The notes beneath the pieces were generated by a model that searched no databases, had not been told where the DNA came from, and worked only from the letters and a program-made list of their open reading frames with translations. 64,000 nucleotides of DNA from Klebsormidium nitens (taxonomy: Eukaryota; Plantae; Klebsormidiophyceae): NCBI GenBank assembly GCA_000708835.1, contig DF236950.1:349355-413354 (forward strand). Direction: 5' to 3'. Positions 24,033-36,415 of the stretch are shown in pieces (the stretch's first letter is position 1; each line of letters starts with the position of its first letter). The position numbers and the translations under genes are program-made.

Positions 24033-27000
24033 TCAGAGGAAGAAGTTGGTAAGCGAAGTCCTCACTCTGTTTGGCGGCTTTGCTAGGAGCTTCTTGGCTG
24101 GCGCGTAACCGAAGCCCTGACCGTACGCTTTTAGAAGATCATAAGCAGTCAGGTTGTCCTGCACGGAAAGAAACGAGCAAAATCACCTTCTCAGACACTC
24201 GTCGAAGAGACTGGCACAATTGTTAACCGACCCCCATACAAAATCGCCGCTGCACGCTTTCTGCAAGAAATTCGCCGGACGTCACATGTGGAACTGGACT
24301 CACCCGGTTGCGTGCCTTTGGATCGGCCCCGTTCATCAGCAACGTCCGTATTGTGGTCCTTTGTCCGGACTGCGCGGCGACGTGCAGCGGAGTCCAGCCG
24401 TCCTGCAAAAGCATGCGAGTACGTCAGCATGTGACAAGAGCTCTTGCTACGTGGCATTAAGTCCAAAGAGATCTCGACACCTGCTCGCGTGACTAAAGAA
24501 CGTTTTCTCTGTAAAAAACGGTACTTATATGAGAATAGCAGCCTCTTTAGGCGGTCCTGTCAGGCCAGGTCATACACGGACAGAAATCGGCGGGCACAAA
24601 CGTTCGGCGGGCAATTTTGAGGGTCAGAAAGCCGGGTTTGATTACGGCAACTGCGCAGCAATAGCCCTAACAAGAACGACAATGATCGCGCATACATGAC
24701 ATCGAGGGACGTCAGAGGAACGCCGTTACTAGATTCGAACGCTGCGCTATCCGGGTGCCTTCCGTATTCCGTCATGATGGAACATAGGTGACCACTGCAA
24801 CCAGGTTTTCAAGGCAGACGCTCACGTCATCTTTCTGGTTGATGGGCACCTTGGCCCGGATGAGCATTTTGCAAATCGGCACGTTTCCCGCCTGGCATGC
24901 GTAATGGAGAAGACTGGCGCCGTCCTGGAAAACAGCATAGGAAAGAAGAAGGAGGACTAGCCCGGCTTTGACGTCTCACTTTACTAAATCCAAAAGACTC
25001 TCTGGACTTGCCAACATACTTTCTTACCCCAAGCACACTGCAATTCATTTGAAAGAGGTACTTATTCTGCGCGTCTCGTTTACCAGACAGTATCAATCCG
25101 AAGTCGACCGCTTCTCTTCCTTTCCAGCACGAGAACCATGGCCCATAAGAACCCTGTGCCGATATCTGGCAGCGAAATAGGCCGGACAGGGCAGTTCTGA
25201 ACTGCCGTTCCGCTGTCCAATCGTGTCGTCAAGTGTGACGGGCAGATTTTACAAGCCTAAACGCCGCTTTCGCAGCGCCACTCCTTGCACGCTTCATCTT
25301 CTTTCAAAAGCGCTTCTAGTGTATCAGTGATATACAGCCTCCTCCACCCGTTTGTTCTCTATTTCACAGGAGAGGGGTGCTGTAATGATTGCGAGGATGG
25401 GTAGTTCGGGCACTCTCGGGCCCAAGACGCAGATTTCTAGGATTTCGGCTTCGCTTAGTTCCTTAACCTTAGCTTTCTGAAAGTCTTCTTCGCGTGAGTG
25501 CCTTTACCTGGTCGACGAGCAGCGCCTTGGCCCCCAGCCTGAGCAGCTGCCGTACTGCGGCGTCGCGCACGTTCATCACCGCTTTGTGGAGAGGCGTGAA
25601 ACCGTCCTGCGTACACGAAGGGGGCCGGCTTGGGAATATCGCGAAGCTAAAAGCAAGCAAGTATTTCGGCCGACATACTGGAGTGGTCGAGACTCCAAGC
25701 CCTTCAGGAGGTTCCATCAGGATTCTGCAACTCACAGCTGGGGTCCTAACTCGCGTAACATGATGACAATATACCAGGCTCTCTAATTCTTAAATAAGGT
25801 TGACTTCGCTTCCAGCACGATAGTGGTTGCCGGGGAATCAGTATTCCTCTACACGAAAATATGGCAGTCGATGAGTTCGCAGATGAATTCAAGTGACAAG
25901 TGATGCAAATGGCCTTCCTTTTTGTGCAGTTTTCACGGAGGGTACGCAATCTGTAACGTCTCCATTTGATCACTTGAAGAGAAAACTGTCACCAACTCAG
26001 TGACAACGCCGATCGTTACTTGCAATCTGAACTGAGATATGGCAAGCCGAGCGATGCAGATGCGACAACACATCCCATACACCTCGAAAAATGGAAAGGA
26101 AATGGGGCTTTCCATCAAGCAGGCAGCGCTTCGATTCCGCTCAGATAAATTGGCATACGTTATCAGCAGAACGATCAGAGCGCGTCTTCTTAGCTGACAA
26201 CGACACTTGCATGATGCGCCCACAGAAGCGCTTTTCGACGACCAGTTCTAGCAAGACAGGGGCTCACCCTGTCTAACCCGTCGATGTCGACCCCTTGCTG
26301 AACTAGGTATCGGATGTTTGACACCTGGCCGCAGGCTGCCGCCGTGTGAAGGGGCAGCCATTTCTCCTGCAGGATCGACACTCACCCTGTATAAGAAGCT
26401 CTCCCATCAATGCCTCTGCCGGCTGATGCAGTCTACTTGGTCGAGGGAACAGATTCTCTGACAAAGCGAAACGTCAAATAACTTCAATTTGATAGCATTT
26501 TGCTGTTCGAGGCCGTCTTTGACACTGTTTTCGAGGCAGGATGGGAGAACTACATTCGTGTGCGAGCATTTTTTGTGGGGCAAGGCTGTACACCCCACCG
26601 ACTAACTTCCACAACGTTCATTCTTCTGTTGCTCAGAGGCGCTTCGAGTGGCTTACCGAGGTGAATCTTCCAAAGTTTACTAGGTATTTTTTGTGCAAGA
26701 ACTGGTCCTCCGCAGTCCAGGACTCCGCCATGAAGTCCTCGTCCTGCAGAAACGGGCAGCTTGTAAATGAAAACACTCTCAGGACATCCACAGGTCTCCC
26801 GCACATGATGCAGATTGAGTGCAGACTCCCGACGTTGTGAGCTTGATACCCCTTTCTTTCAAGCCTTCCTTATGCTCACGGTAGACTACAACTTCGGTTA
26901 CACATGGAGTCAAGATGTAGCATGTTGCGACACTCTAGACGATTCACCTTGATCAGAGCCCAAACTCACATCCTGGTCGGGTACGTAGTTCCTTTTGGTT

Positions 27001-28412
27001 CTCCTTTTTTCAAAGCCTAACGCCTGTTGCATGGGCGGCTGCCGGGAGGACGTGCTGGCGGTCGGCTGCTCTTCGGCCCGCGAGCTGCTCTCCTCTGCGG
27101 CGTCGTCCGCATCAAACAGGTCTTCCTGGACAGGGTACAAAGAATGTCAGCTCCATATACTTCGATTCCAGAGAGTTTGATGTGGACTCGACAAATGATG
27201 ACCAGGCCATGCGAAGCTGTCAAAACGTCCTTCGCCACACGCCCAGATTCTTGAGCCCTTCTCCGCCCGAAAGGAACCTTAACTCCCATTTGAGCCTGGT
27301 AAGCGATCGTCGGGCCATTTTTTACAGAGCCGTCCTTTCCGGTGGAGCCAATAACGACAAGCGATGCATTCAATCATCTGGGGTTGTACTGTCCGCTGCT
27401 TCTTTCGGTGCACGTGCGCCCTTGACTGTTCATAAGCAAAGCTCGATTGGCATGGGCCTCCTCTGACTGACAAGCATCAACTCACGTCATCAAAATCCCC
27501 ATCTTCGCTATCATCATCGTCGTCGAGATACTCGTCCTCGTCCCCGTCGTCTTCCTCCTCTAGAATGTCATCAATGAAGTCATCTTCTTCATCAAGGTCC
27601 AAGTTTTGCCGGCTCCCTTGCAGACTGGGTGCCGCACCCGCCGCTTGTGCTTGAGGGACTGTGGACCACCGGGACAGCCGATGCGCCCGTTCCTTTTGCC
27701 AGATGCCATTTTCCTGCATCATAACTCGCAGACTTCAACTGTCTGCTGCATCTTCCTGAAATGAACCCGTTTAAAGTTGCAGCGATCCGCCACAGGCATG
27801 GTGGTAGTAAAGGAAACTTCGGGCCTTTGACAAATCAAAGCTCCATCGTTTGCAGCGCCACATCCAAGCGTACAGCAGGAATTGACTTTGAAAGTCCCAC
27901 ATTTGAACTCCAGATTATGCTACCACACAGAGTCCATCTGGAAAGAAGAAGCCTATGAATACCACTCCTTTGCAAGGGCCCTACTTACAAATTGCATTTG
28001 GCCAGCCCCTCGGAATCAAAAGTGTACAAAAGATTGGCAATCGATCTTTCAAGATAGGAAAGTCGTCACCGCTCACCACTAATCTAAAGGGCTCTGCTGG
28101 GGCCATCGACCATTCGCGAGGCCTTTTTCCAGCTGCAAACAGCCCATCCCCTGAGTCCCTTAGGTACAGCATTCGTATCACCCCCTTCGCAAGTGCTGGC
28201 GGAGGAGCCTTTTTAAACACATTGTGCAGTCTGAATTGCAAAGCTACACCAGGGCTGAAGGAGCCCAGGCTTGCTGCGAGACTGGGTGCAGAAATAGAAT
28301 TGATGATTTTTGCAGAAGAGTGTGAACGAGGTTGTTGAGTAGGCTGATGGGGGTGATAACTGGTTGACGCCCCATGGCTCATTGCATCAAGTGAGGCAGA
28401 GGTGGTGGCCAT
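24033..28412 (-). CDS. AKRP: Chloroplast ankyrin-repeat protein of the AKRP/EMB506 family
   Basis: Exons 27486-27713, 26970-27125, 26657-26743, 26268-26366, 25508-25606, 24826-24924, 24304-24402, 24033-24158, all phase 0. Repeats EKWLPLHTAAACG, DGFTPLHKAV, DGASLLHYAC, DGWTPLHVAAQ, DNLTAYDL; the KWLPLHT-A-CG start is typical of plant AKRP. An acidic D/E tract precedes the repeats. The first exon (28077-28412, Ser/Ala-rich transit-peptide-like) and its acceptor are tentative; the alternative start is ATG 27722. Confidence 0.85.
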
Positions 28413-28731
28413 CCCTGATAGATGCTTATGAAGGCAACACGCCATGCCAGACTTGCTCCTGTTCTACACTGACCTACAAAGCGCTGCAAGCGCTGGCAGA
28501 ATTTTTACCGTCAAGTAGCCACCATGCAATCACTGTCAGTGTCAGCAAAAGAGAAGGGGCAAAGGCCAGCCGGATAGACCGACTTGCATGGTAACGGTAA
28601 CTAATGACTGTTGTATCCGGTAATGGTATGCTTACTCGGAAGGAATCTGCAAAATCTGGCGCGATCAGCAATGCTGCGGCGCTGGCCGTAGATGGGAAAA
28701 CTGGAAACAAGATCACCGAGTCAGGTCTCGA

Positions 28732-28770
28732 GTCCTGACTCCTGACTCCTGACTCCTGGATCCTGGCTCC
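28732..28770. repeat. Heptamer microsatellite (TCCTGAC)n, degenerating
   Basis: gtcctgactcctgactcctgactcctggatcctggctcc read directly. Confidence 0.85.
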
Positions 28771-29679
28771 AGTGACTGACTTCTGAAGCTTGAGGCTCAA
28801 AGCTGTAGCTTGTGCTGTCGTAATTCTGATGATACTTCCCTCAATCGACCTCGTTTCGAGGGCTATACATGTCAGCTGCGTGATTATCCAGTACACATGC
28901 TACAACGACAAAAATACCTGCAACCACTTGATCGAATAGGTTTCAAAATCAAATGCCACGTTAAGTCAAAGGTGTAACGGGGTCACATGACAGCCGGAAG
29001 GCCAGTTTGATTGCATCCTACCGCTGCCTGCCTTAGATCGAAACAGCTTTACAACCTGAATGGTGACGGTGGGTGGCAGCCTAGCTCAAAAATCATTGGA
29101 TATAGAACAGACGAATGTCAGTATATCTAGGCACGAATGAACACAATTCTAGAGGTAGATGAGCACCTGTCTTGCATGATAATAACGTAACGCTCTGCCA
29201 GCTTACAGCAATGGTCAAAATGCATAGCGTGAGCTGCTCCAACAGATCAGCTACGAAAGCAGTCATGTGAACAAGCATGTAGGTGCGAACGGGTCAAGGA
29301 GGACCACCGTGAGCGCTGAAAGCTGTATGTGGGCATCCAAGAATTTGCAAGAGGCTATGATTAGCTGATCTCTTTGGAGTCACGATGTTGCATTTGTAAG
29401 TAACGCTTCACCATGAGTTCTACGAAGACTCATCCTGGTGCACTAACTTTGAAGGCTCGCAAGGACTCATTCGCTCTCCCTTATTTGGCTCATCAACTGA
29501 CGAGTGAAATCTATCTTTCTTTCTAAACCTCTGGTGTCTACTGATACAAGCTTTGCTGGCGGCTTACTCGCGTGCTTCTCAACGGGTGACACAGTAAGAC
29601 GGCATGCGGACACAAAAGGCACCTCGCTTTCGGGCCTATCTCTACAGTTGCAACTCATCTGACCTTGACCTTGACAATA

Positions 29680-32600
29680 TCATACATGGTTAGATTCCTC
29701 GTCCGAATCGTACAGGGTGATCCCTTTGTACAACTTTACACAGTCGGCAATTGCCGTCTCCACCGGCAACCTCTCCATAGAGGACGCCCCGTAAAAGCCG
29801 TGGACGTCATGCGTCAACCGCAGGACATACTTGGCATCCTCAACCTTGCTGATAGGACCTGGGAAGAGTATGTGAAACAATCAGGAAAATTTTTAAAAGA
29901 GCGAACAAACAAGTGATAAGCACGCACAGACAGCGCACGTAAGGTGTGTTCAGCCAAAAAGGCATCTTAGTTGTTGAATGATCTCAGCTCAAAAATGAAA
30001 GGAGTGAAACAAGCGATCAGGGCACAACGTGCTACAACGAAAGAGACGGGAGCTATTCCAAAACATGGCCAATTTTTCACATGAAGTTCGCATCGATAGA
30101 GGCCTTATACGCAGGGAATGCGTTAACTCGCTCACCCCCGTGGCAGAGCACGAGAATGTCCGGGTTGACGTCTCGCGCGGCATCGCTGATGGCCTGTACC
30201 CGTTTTACGCTCTGCTCTAGCGTCACGGCGGTCTTGGCGCCAATGGAACCCGCCGTAGTCAACCCCATGTGAGCCACCACTGCCGGCACAAGGGGGTGCT
30301 GACGTCAGAATGAGCTGGACAAATGTGTTGTGTCTTCCGAACGAGCGGGCAACACAGGTGCAAAGCACAGGTGAGCGGCTAAGCAGGAGCCGCCACTTCT
30401 GACCTCTACCGACCTTGAAGAACGCCTTCGAAAGCAGGACAAACTGTCAAGTCGATTCGGTTGATAGCAAAATCTCAAGCTGCGGTTGGCTGGACAGACC
30501 GGGAAGCTTGCTCAGGCTCAGGTGTAGAAATACTTGTGCTGGTTTCGTGAACGACTGTGTGGCTGAATCAAATCCTACCGATATCTGCGCCCGCCTCGGC
30601 CATGGCCCTGGCCTGCTCCTCGTCGAACGCGTACGGCGTGGTGAGCAGGCCCATCTTGTGCGCGCGCGCAATCATGTCCACCTCCAGCCTGCACACACGG
30701 GATCGAGCTTAAGAAACTCACGCTGGACTCGCATTTTTGCAACGAGCGGAGAACTGCTGGCGGTGTCGTAGACGCACCAGTTCTGTCCCGTCCGCAAGCG
30801 AGCTCAGTCCGACCGCGCCAGCTGTCAATCCGCCTGTGACGCAGTAGATGCAGCAACCGCACAACCTGCCTTTTCAACATCCCCCGTGGCGCCCTATCTT
30901 TGGCGGGAAATCCAATCGCGTTTCATGAGAATCAATCGAGACGGAACTAGAGCGGCGAGCGCTGACCCGAAGCCCATGCCGGTCTCCTCCAGGTTCTGGC
31001 GGAAGGTGCCGTCGATGAGGCCGACGGTGGGGAAGTTCTGCACGCCCGCGAAGCCCATCCCCTGCAGCTGCTCCAGGAACTTGTCCATCCGCCGGAACGG
31101 ATCCGTTGCACACACGCCCGCCAGTACCGGCGCCGACTTCACAATCTGCCAAGAATGCATAAAAATTGATGGTCTTCAATTGTTTCATACGGGTGTGCGG
31201 TCAAGGCAGTGGAGACTTGAAGCTTGCTCAACGTTGCAGACTACTTGTTTGTTCTTTGCGCTTGAAGTCAGAGCAAATTTAACAAGGCCAATAGTGAAGG
31301 CTTAAGCCCTTGACAGTCAGTACGCACGCTCATGGCCCCGGCAAGAAAAGTTCGGAACCGTCGATCGATGGGGGCAGCCCCCAACTTCGACCCTCCGGAC
31401 CATCCGATGGGGCTCGCATTTATTGCTCTCTGCCAACCGCAAAGTCGGCCCCTAAACTTCGCCGGCGACGTTTGCACGAGATTTGAGTGAAGACGTCGCC
31501 GCGTTTCCGAACTTTTGTTTTGACACATTCGCCCAGCTATCTGTCAAAAGACCGTTTGTGTCAAGAGGCCAAAAATGTGCGTACTGACTGTTGAAACAAC
31601 AAGCAAAACGAGCCCTCGTCTGACATGAATCCAAAGCTCAAAAGGTCCTTAGATGGATTTGCCACGAGTCACCAATGAGGCTCCTTTCCACCCTGAATTA
31701 TGTTTTCAGGTCAACTCCTAAGGGATAAAGATGCACAGCGTCTTGAAGCACCTGTCCTTTCTCAACCCCCTTCGCAGCTGACAGCAAGGGCGGCTCACCG
31801 GCAGCACTTCGTCCGCCATCTCCACCACAACTGCGTTCGCGTCCTTGTACGGCATCAGCCCCGACAACGAACCCCTCCCGCCCATCCGGAAGCGACCGCT
31901 GCGGAGGAAAGTAAACGTCGGATAGCGACACAGACGCCATCTTGCTGTCAAACTGAAACGCCAGACGCTCAAGCCAGCACAATCTCCGAGATGCGGAGAC
32001 GTCCATCAACTTTTCGACCTGCTGCCACGGCTCCTTTTAGTCCTGTCAACACTCGCAGCAGTACGGGATGTGCCCTTTTCCGATCCACAGTACGAATGAA
32101 CGAACCACTTTGTATGCATCAAGCTAAGCTACTCGGAGCCGAACAGTTTCGACCGCTTTCGACCGCAAAAGGCTCTTGGAAAGGCAACTTAGATTGCACA
32201 GGCTCGCCCTCCTCACCTGTTGTAGATGATGATCATGTCTGCCCCCCCGGCCTCCTCCATCTTGGCGCTCAACCCGGTCCCCGCCCCCGCCCCTATGATC
32301 GGCAGCCCCTCGTCCACCACGTCTCTCAACTTTTGCAACACCCTTCCTCTCAGCGTGTTCAGGTCAAGGGGCGCCCGGTTTCGTTTCGGGGGGGCAAGTG
32401 TCTTGGGGAACTGCGCCAGGGGTTCGGGTGCGGGGCCGGAGTCTCCCCCCAGGGACGCGAAGGAGAAGCCGTCGTCCTCCTTCTTGGGGGAGCCCGCAAT
32501 GTCGTAGTAGGCATCCACGAGGCCGGCGGCGAAGCGGGGGTCGTTGATGTGGTACGGCAGGCGCTTCACCTGGCGGGGATTTGGGAGGCTTGTCCAAAGG

Positions 32601-35600
32601 CTGGTCGATGAATGAGTTGGTCTGGTTGAAAAGTCGTCTGCATCATCTTGATCGCAAAAAGTGCTTTCAAGGAGCTTTCACAACAAAGTAAGTCGATTAA
32701 ATCCTCGAGCGCCTCGATTCATAAACAATTTTGAGTATCTTGTAATACGATCAGGTGGCTCGAGGCTCACGTCGACCACCTGCTTCCTCTTTCATGGCAT
32801 CTCTCTACAAGCAGGCCCTCACGTCTCGCTCACTTTGTGCCGCGAGAAACTTAAAAGTTCTCCCAGGATCAAAGGGTAGAGACCAGTCCAACTTGAAAGT
32901 AGGCAACGGCATCCAGGTCCGGACAGCGTGCAATGAATCTCACCTTGCGCGTGTCCGTCTGGACGACCCTCTTTTCCAGCTCGTCAAAGAGGGAACCCGT
33001 TGCTTCCGGATCGTAGAAAGGCTTTCCGGGGGAGTCCAATGCGGACACGCCCTTCTCGGGGAGCAGGATCGTCACGGGCGCGGTCGACTTGTTCAACTTG
33101 TTGGCAATCACGTGAGCGAAGGCACGGTTCTCGGCAGCATTTGTGCGCATCAGGGTGACCTGCAGATTGGACACGGAAGAAAAGGCTTGCAGACTATTCA
33201 GCTGAGGTTATCAATTCGAAGCAACCGAGGCAGAATCATCACACAAGCCAGTAGGTCATCAACGAACTGATCGAGAGTTTCCGGTTTTGTGTTTCGTGAC
33301 TTCTTCACAGTTCGGGCGAGAGCCTTTTTCCTCGCAATGACGAGTCCAAGTGTTTCAGATGCCGGTGACCAATGTAGTGCCTCCCTTGAATCAAACAGAA
33401 GGACAGCGCCGCTCGGAACCAGCCTTCCCGTTTGACTGATGGACAAAAAATATCGCCACAGTGAAACCGGCGAGCGAAGCCGGCGCACCTGCAGGTTGTG
33501 CACGTAGAGCTTGCGTCGCTTGAACTGCTCCGGCACGGTGTCCTTTGCGCCAAAGTTGACCATGTCCAGCGCGCCCACGCTGACAACCAGAGGGATCCCC
33601 TTCTCGATGCTCGCCTCGAAGCGGTACCGGTCGCACGGCATCTCGCCTCCGACCTGGTAGTCCGCCACCTCAGTGGTGGTCACATCGATCACGCCCTGCA
33701 GACACGTAGTACCAGTCAGATTCACGGAGAAACGGAGTTGCAGACGGTTCAAACATGCCTGGCAGTGCGAAAGTTGAGGATGAACGGGACAGATGAGTAT
33801 CCGAAAGAGTTAGCCTGACGTGGCTGAAACGACGCGGGAGTGATTTGGCTTGAATCCAAGGCTGTGTAAGGGCTACTTCAAGCTCCACGACAGCGGACAC
33901 TTGCTTCGTTTCGGATCAGGGGGAACCTTAAACGCTGATCAGAGGCTGATTGGAAATTGATTAGGGGCTACGCACCTGTATTAGTCCTTGGCTCACGAGC
34001 TTCTCCATCGCTTTGCCTGTCAGGATAAGCGTCTCACGTTAACAACTCACATGAATGTGAGAAGGTTCACATCCCGTCATAACATGTAAGATTGCAATTG
34101 GCGTCAAGATTCTTGAACTCCATTGTTAGAAGCTGTGCTGCTCAAACTGCCCCACATTTCGACTCGCACACATCCAGATGTTGAGCAGCTGCCAACCCGA
34201 AATCACAATCTGCCCTACCTCCCGTCCCCGTGGCATGGAACACGAGGGTCTCCGCCCCGTCTGCCTCGAGCCGCTTCCGCACGGCGTCCACGCAGGGGGT
34301 CGTCACCCCAAACATGGTCAGCCCGATGGTCGGCTTGGGGTCCTTGGGGGGGGTGCTGCCGGCCGCCACACGCCCCGCCACCATGCCAGCCAGTGCCCAG
34401 GCTGCAAGAAGACATTAAGCAAGAATCAGCCTTGCTTTAGAAAGACAAATCCAAGAGAAGGTGATATAACCCTTGGGGTTCTTCAATCGTTTTGACTGGC
34501 GAGTACTTGGAACCACTGTCTTTTCATGCCTCTCGCACGGTACGTCGAGGCGAATACGGAAGACAGTGCAAAAATGAGAATCGCCAAGGCTCTCAAACCG
34601 TCAGCGACCAGAGTTGACAATAGTCTCTGAACACAGAGTACTGGAACTTATGTTGGATCAGGAACACTTCGGGTGAGAAGAAGAATTACCTGCGTTGCTG
34701 AGGACTACTCTGGACACGCTGTTGAGGCCCGCAACATCCACCACCGACGGGAATAGCGCCAGGTCTGTACCCTCAACGTATGGTGCAGTGTGGCCGCTCG
34801 CCACTACATATCAAGACCAACATTTCAGTAAGGCCTTGAAGCACAGCACTTGGGATTGCTCCTTCTCTTGTTATCCAATGAGTACACACTTTACGGCCTG
34901 CACACTGTGTACTGGTTCTCAATGGCTTCGACTTGATCTCTCTTTCTCTTGTCCAAAGATGTTACCACCTTTAAGACCACAACAGCAGCTTTCCTGCTTG
35001 GTAGTCCTTGACTGAGCTGCACATATCACACTGCATATGACGTGCAGCATTGAAAAAGGCAGGCTGACCTGTTGAGACGATGGCCTTTGGCACGCCCACA
35101 GGGAGGGCCCTGAGAGCAGGGGCAATGAGGGAGGTGCCCCCACTGCCACCCGCCCCAATCGAACCCACTATGAGGCCCTCCTCATGCTTTGCCTTCAAAA
35201 ATGCTTCAAGTGCCTCTCCCACTGCCGCCACTGCCTGGTACCTGTGAGAAGCGAAAGATGGTTCTGAGCTTCAACATCTTTCAGAATGAAGATAGGGCAA
35301 AATGAGGTAAAGGGCAAGCATCGCTTGCGCGATGCTTGCTGCTTGGAAACACGGGCGTCTTGTTAAAAGTTTGACTGCACTGATTGAATGGCAAAAGAAC
35401 TAATGAATGATAGGGCCAAACAACCTATCTCCTCGATTGCTCTATGACAGAACACTTGCAAGTACCTGCCTGCTTTCAATGATACCAAAAAGATTATTTC
35501 GTCAGTCTCTGCAGTTCTTTCTACTTTCAACAGCTTGACAGTCTTTTTGCACTTTAAGCCTGATTGATCAACACCAACTGACCTACAGGTGTTACCTAAC

Positions 35601-35984
35601 CCTTGCACAAGAAGTCTAGCTCCTTATCAAGAGACATCTTGAACACATTGATGCTTTGAGCTTTCCTAACTTCTTATCAGAGACTCTCTCAGAAGGCCCC
35701 TCCTCGGGATCAGCTCACCTGTCCATTGGCAACTTCGACGCATCCCTCCTGCTTGCATCGGGGTGATACTTGAACAATTCAAGGCGTCCGATGATCTCAG
35801 CCGGCGTGATTGCCACGCTAGGGGGCCTCTCGTGCCCTGCTGAAACGTCGATGATGGCCACCTTCACATGTGCAACCTGCATTGTGGCCAGCGCCGTCTT
35901 GAGGACATCTGCAATATAGAGGATCTCCTCCTCCTTGGTGTCAAGTGTCCCGATGGTGTACACAACCCTGGTCTGGGGCGCCAT
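29680..35984 (-). CDS. Tm-1L: Tm-1-like protein: UPF0261 ATP-binding N-domain fused to a PEP-hydrolase-like TIM barrel; 754 aa, 13 exons
   Basis: Exons 35719-35984, 35069-35241, 34690-34803, 34219-34401, 33976-34016, 33489-33695, 32944-33159, 32217-32569, 31799-31898, 30967-31145, 30579-30688, 30136-30279, 29680-29858 (2265 nt). Motifs [103 protein letters not shown] match tomato Tm-1. Confidence 0.95.
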
Positions 35985-36415
35985 GTCTGCATGCACCGCT
36001 CACGCAACGTTCTTCCTTTCTGGGTGATCGAGGAATGCAGTTTTGCAGACCAGAGAGCTGCATGCAGCTAGCTAGGTACATCCCCTTCCCTCCAGAATCG
36101 GACCGTTCCACACTTTTTTGACCCTAAAATTGTCGCTAAAAGGTGACCAAAGGCTTGTCGAGCAATAGAACCGGCAGCCGCGGACAGCCTGTTTCCTAGG
36201 TCCTTTTCTCCGACGTCTTGATAGACGTCGTGTTTTGACGGCGACCCGGGTCCTGACCAGTCCTGACCAGGGTGCTGCTGTCGAGAACGCCGAAAGCGAT
36301 ATATGGAGCGCTTCACACTGCACAGCTACTTCGAGCATTCTTAACTTGCAAGCTAGCAATCAAACGGTGCACAGGCAGCCCTTCCGCCGTCTCGCAGCTA
36401 CTTATCCCTTTCAGG
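35985..36415. promoter_or_regulatory. Compact divergent promoter/5' UTR region shared by the Tm-1-like and epimerase genes
   Basis: 431 bp between the opposed ATGs; contains the direct repeat GTCCTGACCA x2 at 36250-36269. Confidence 0.6.
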
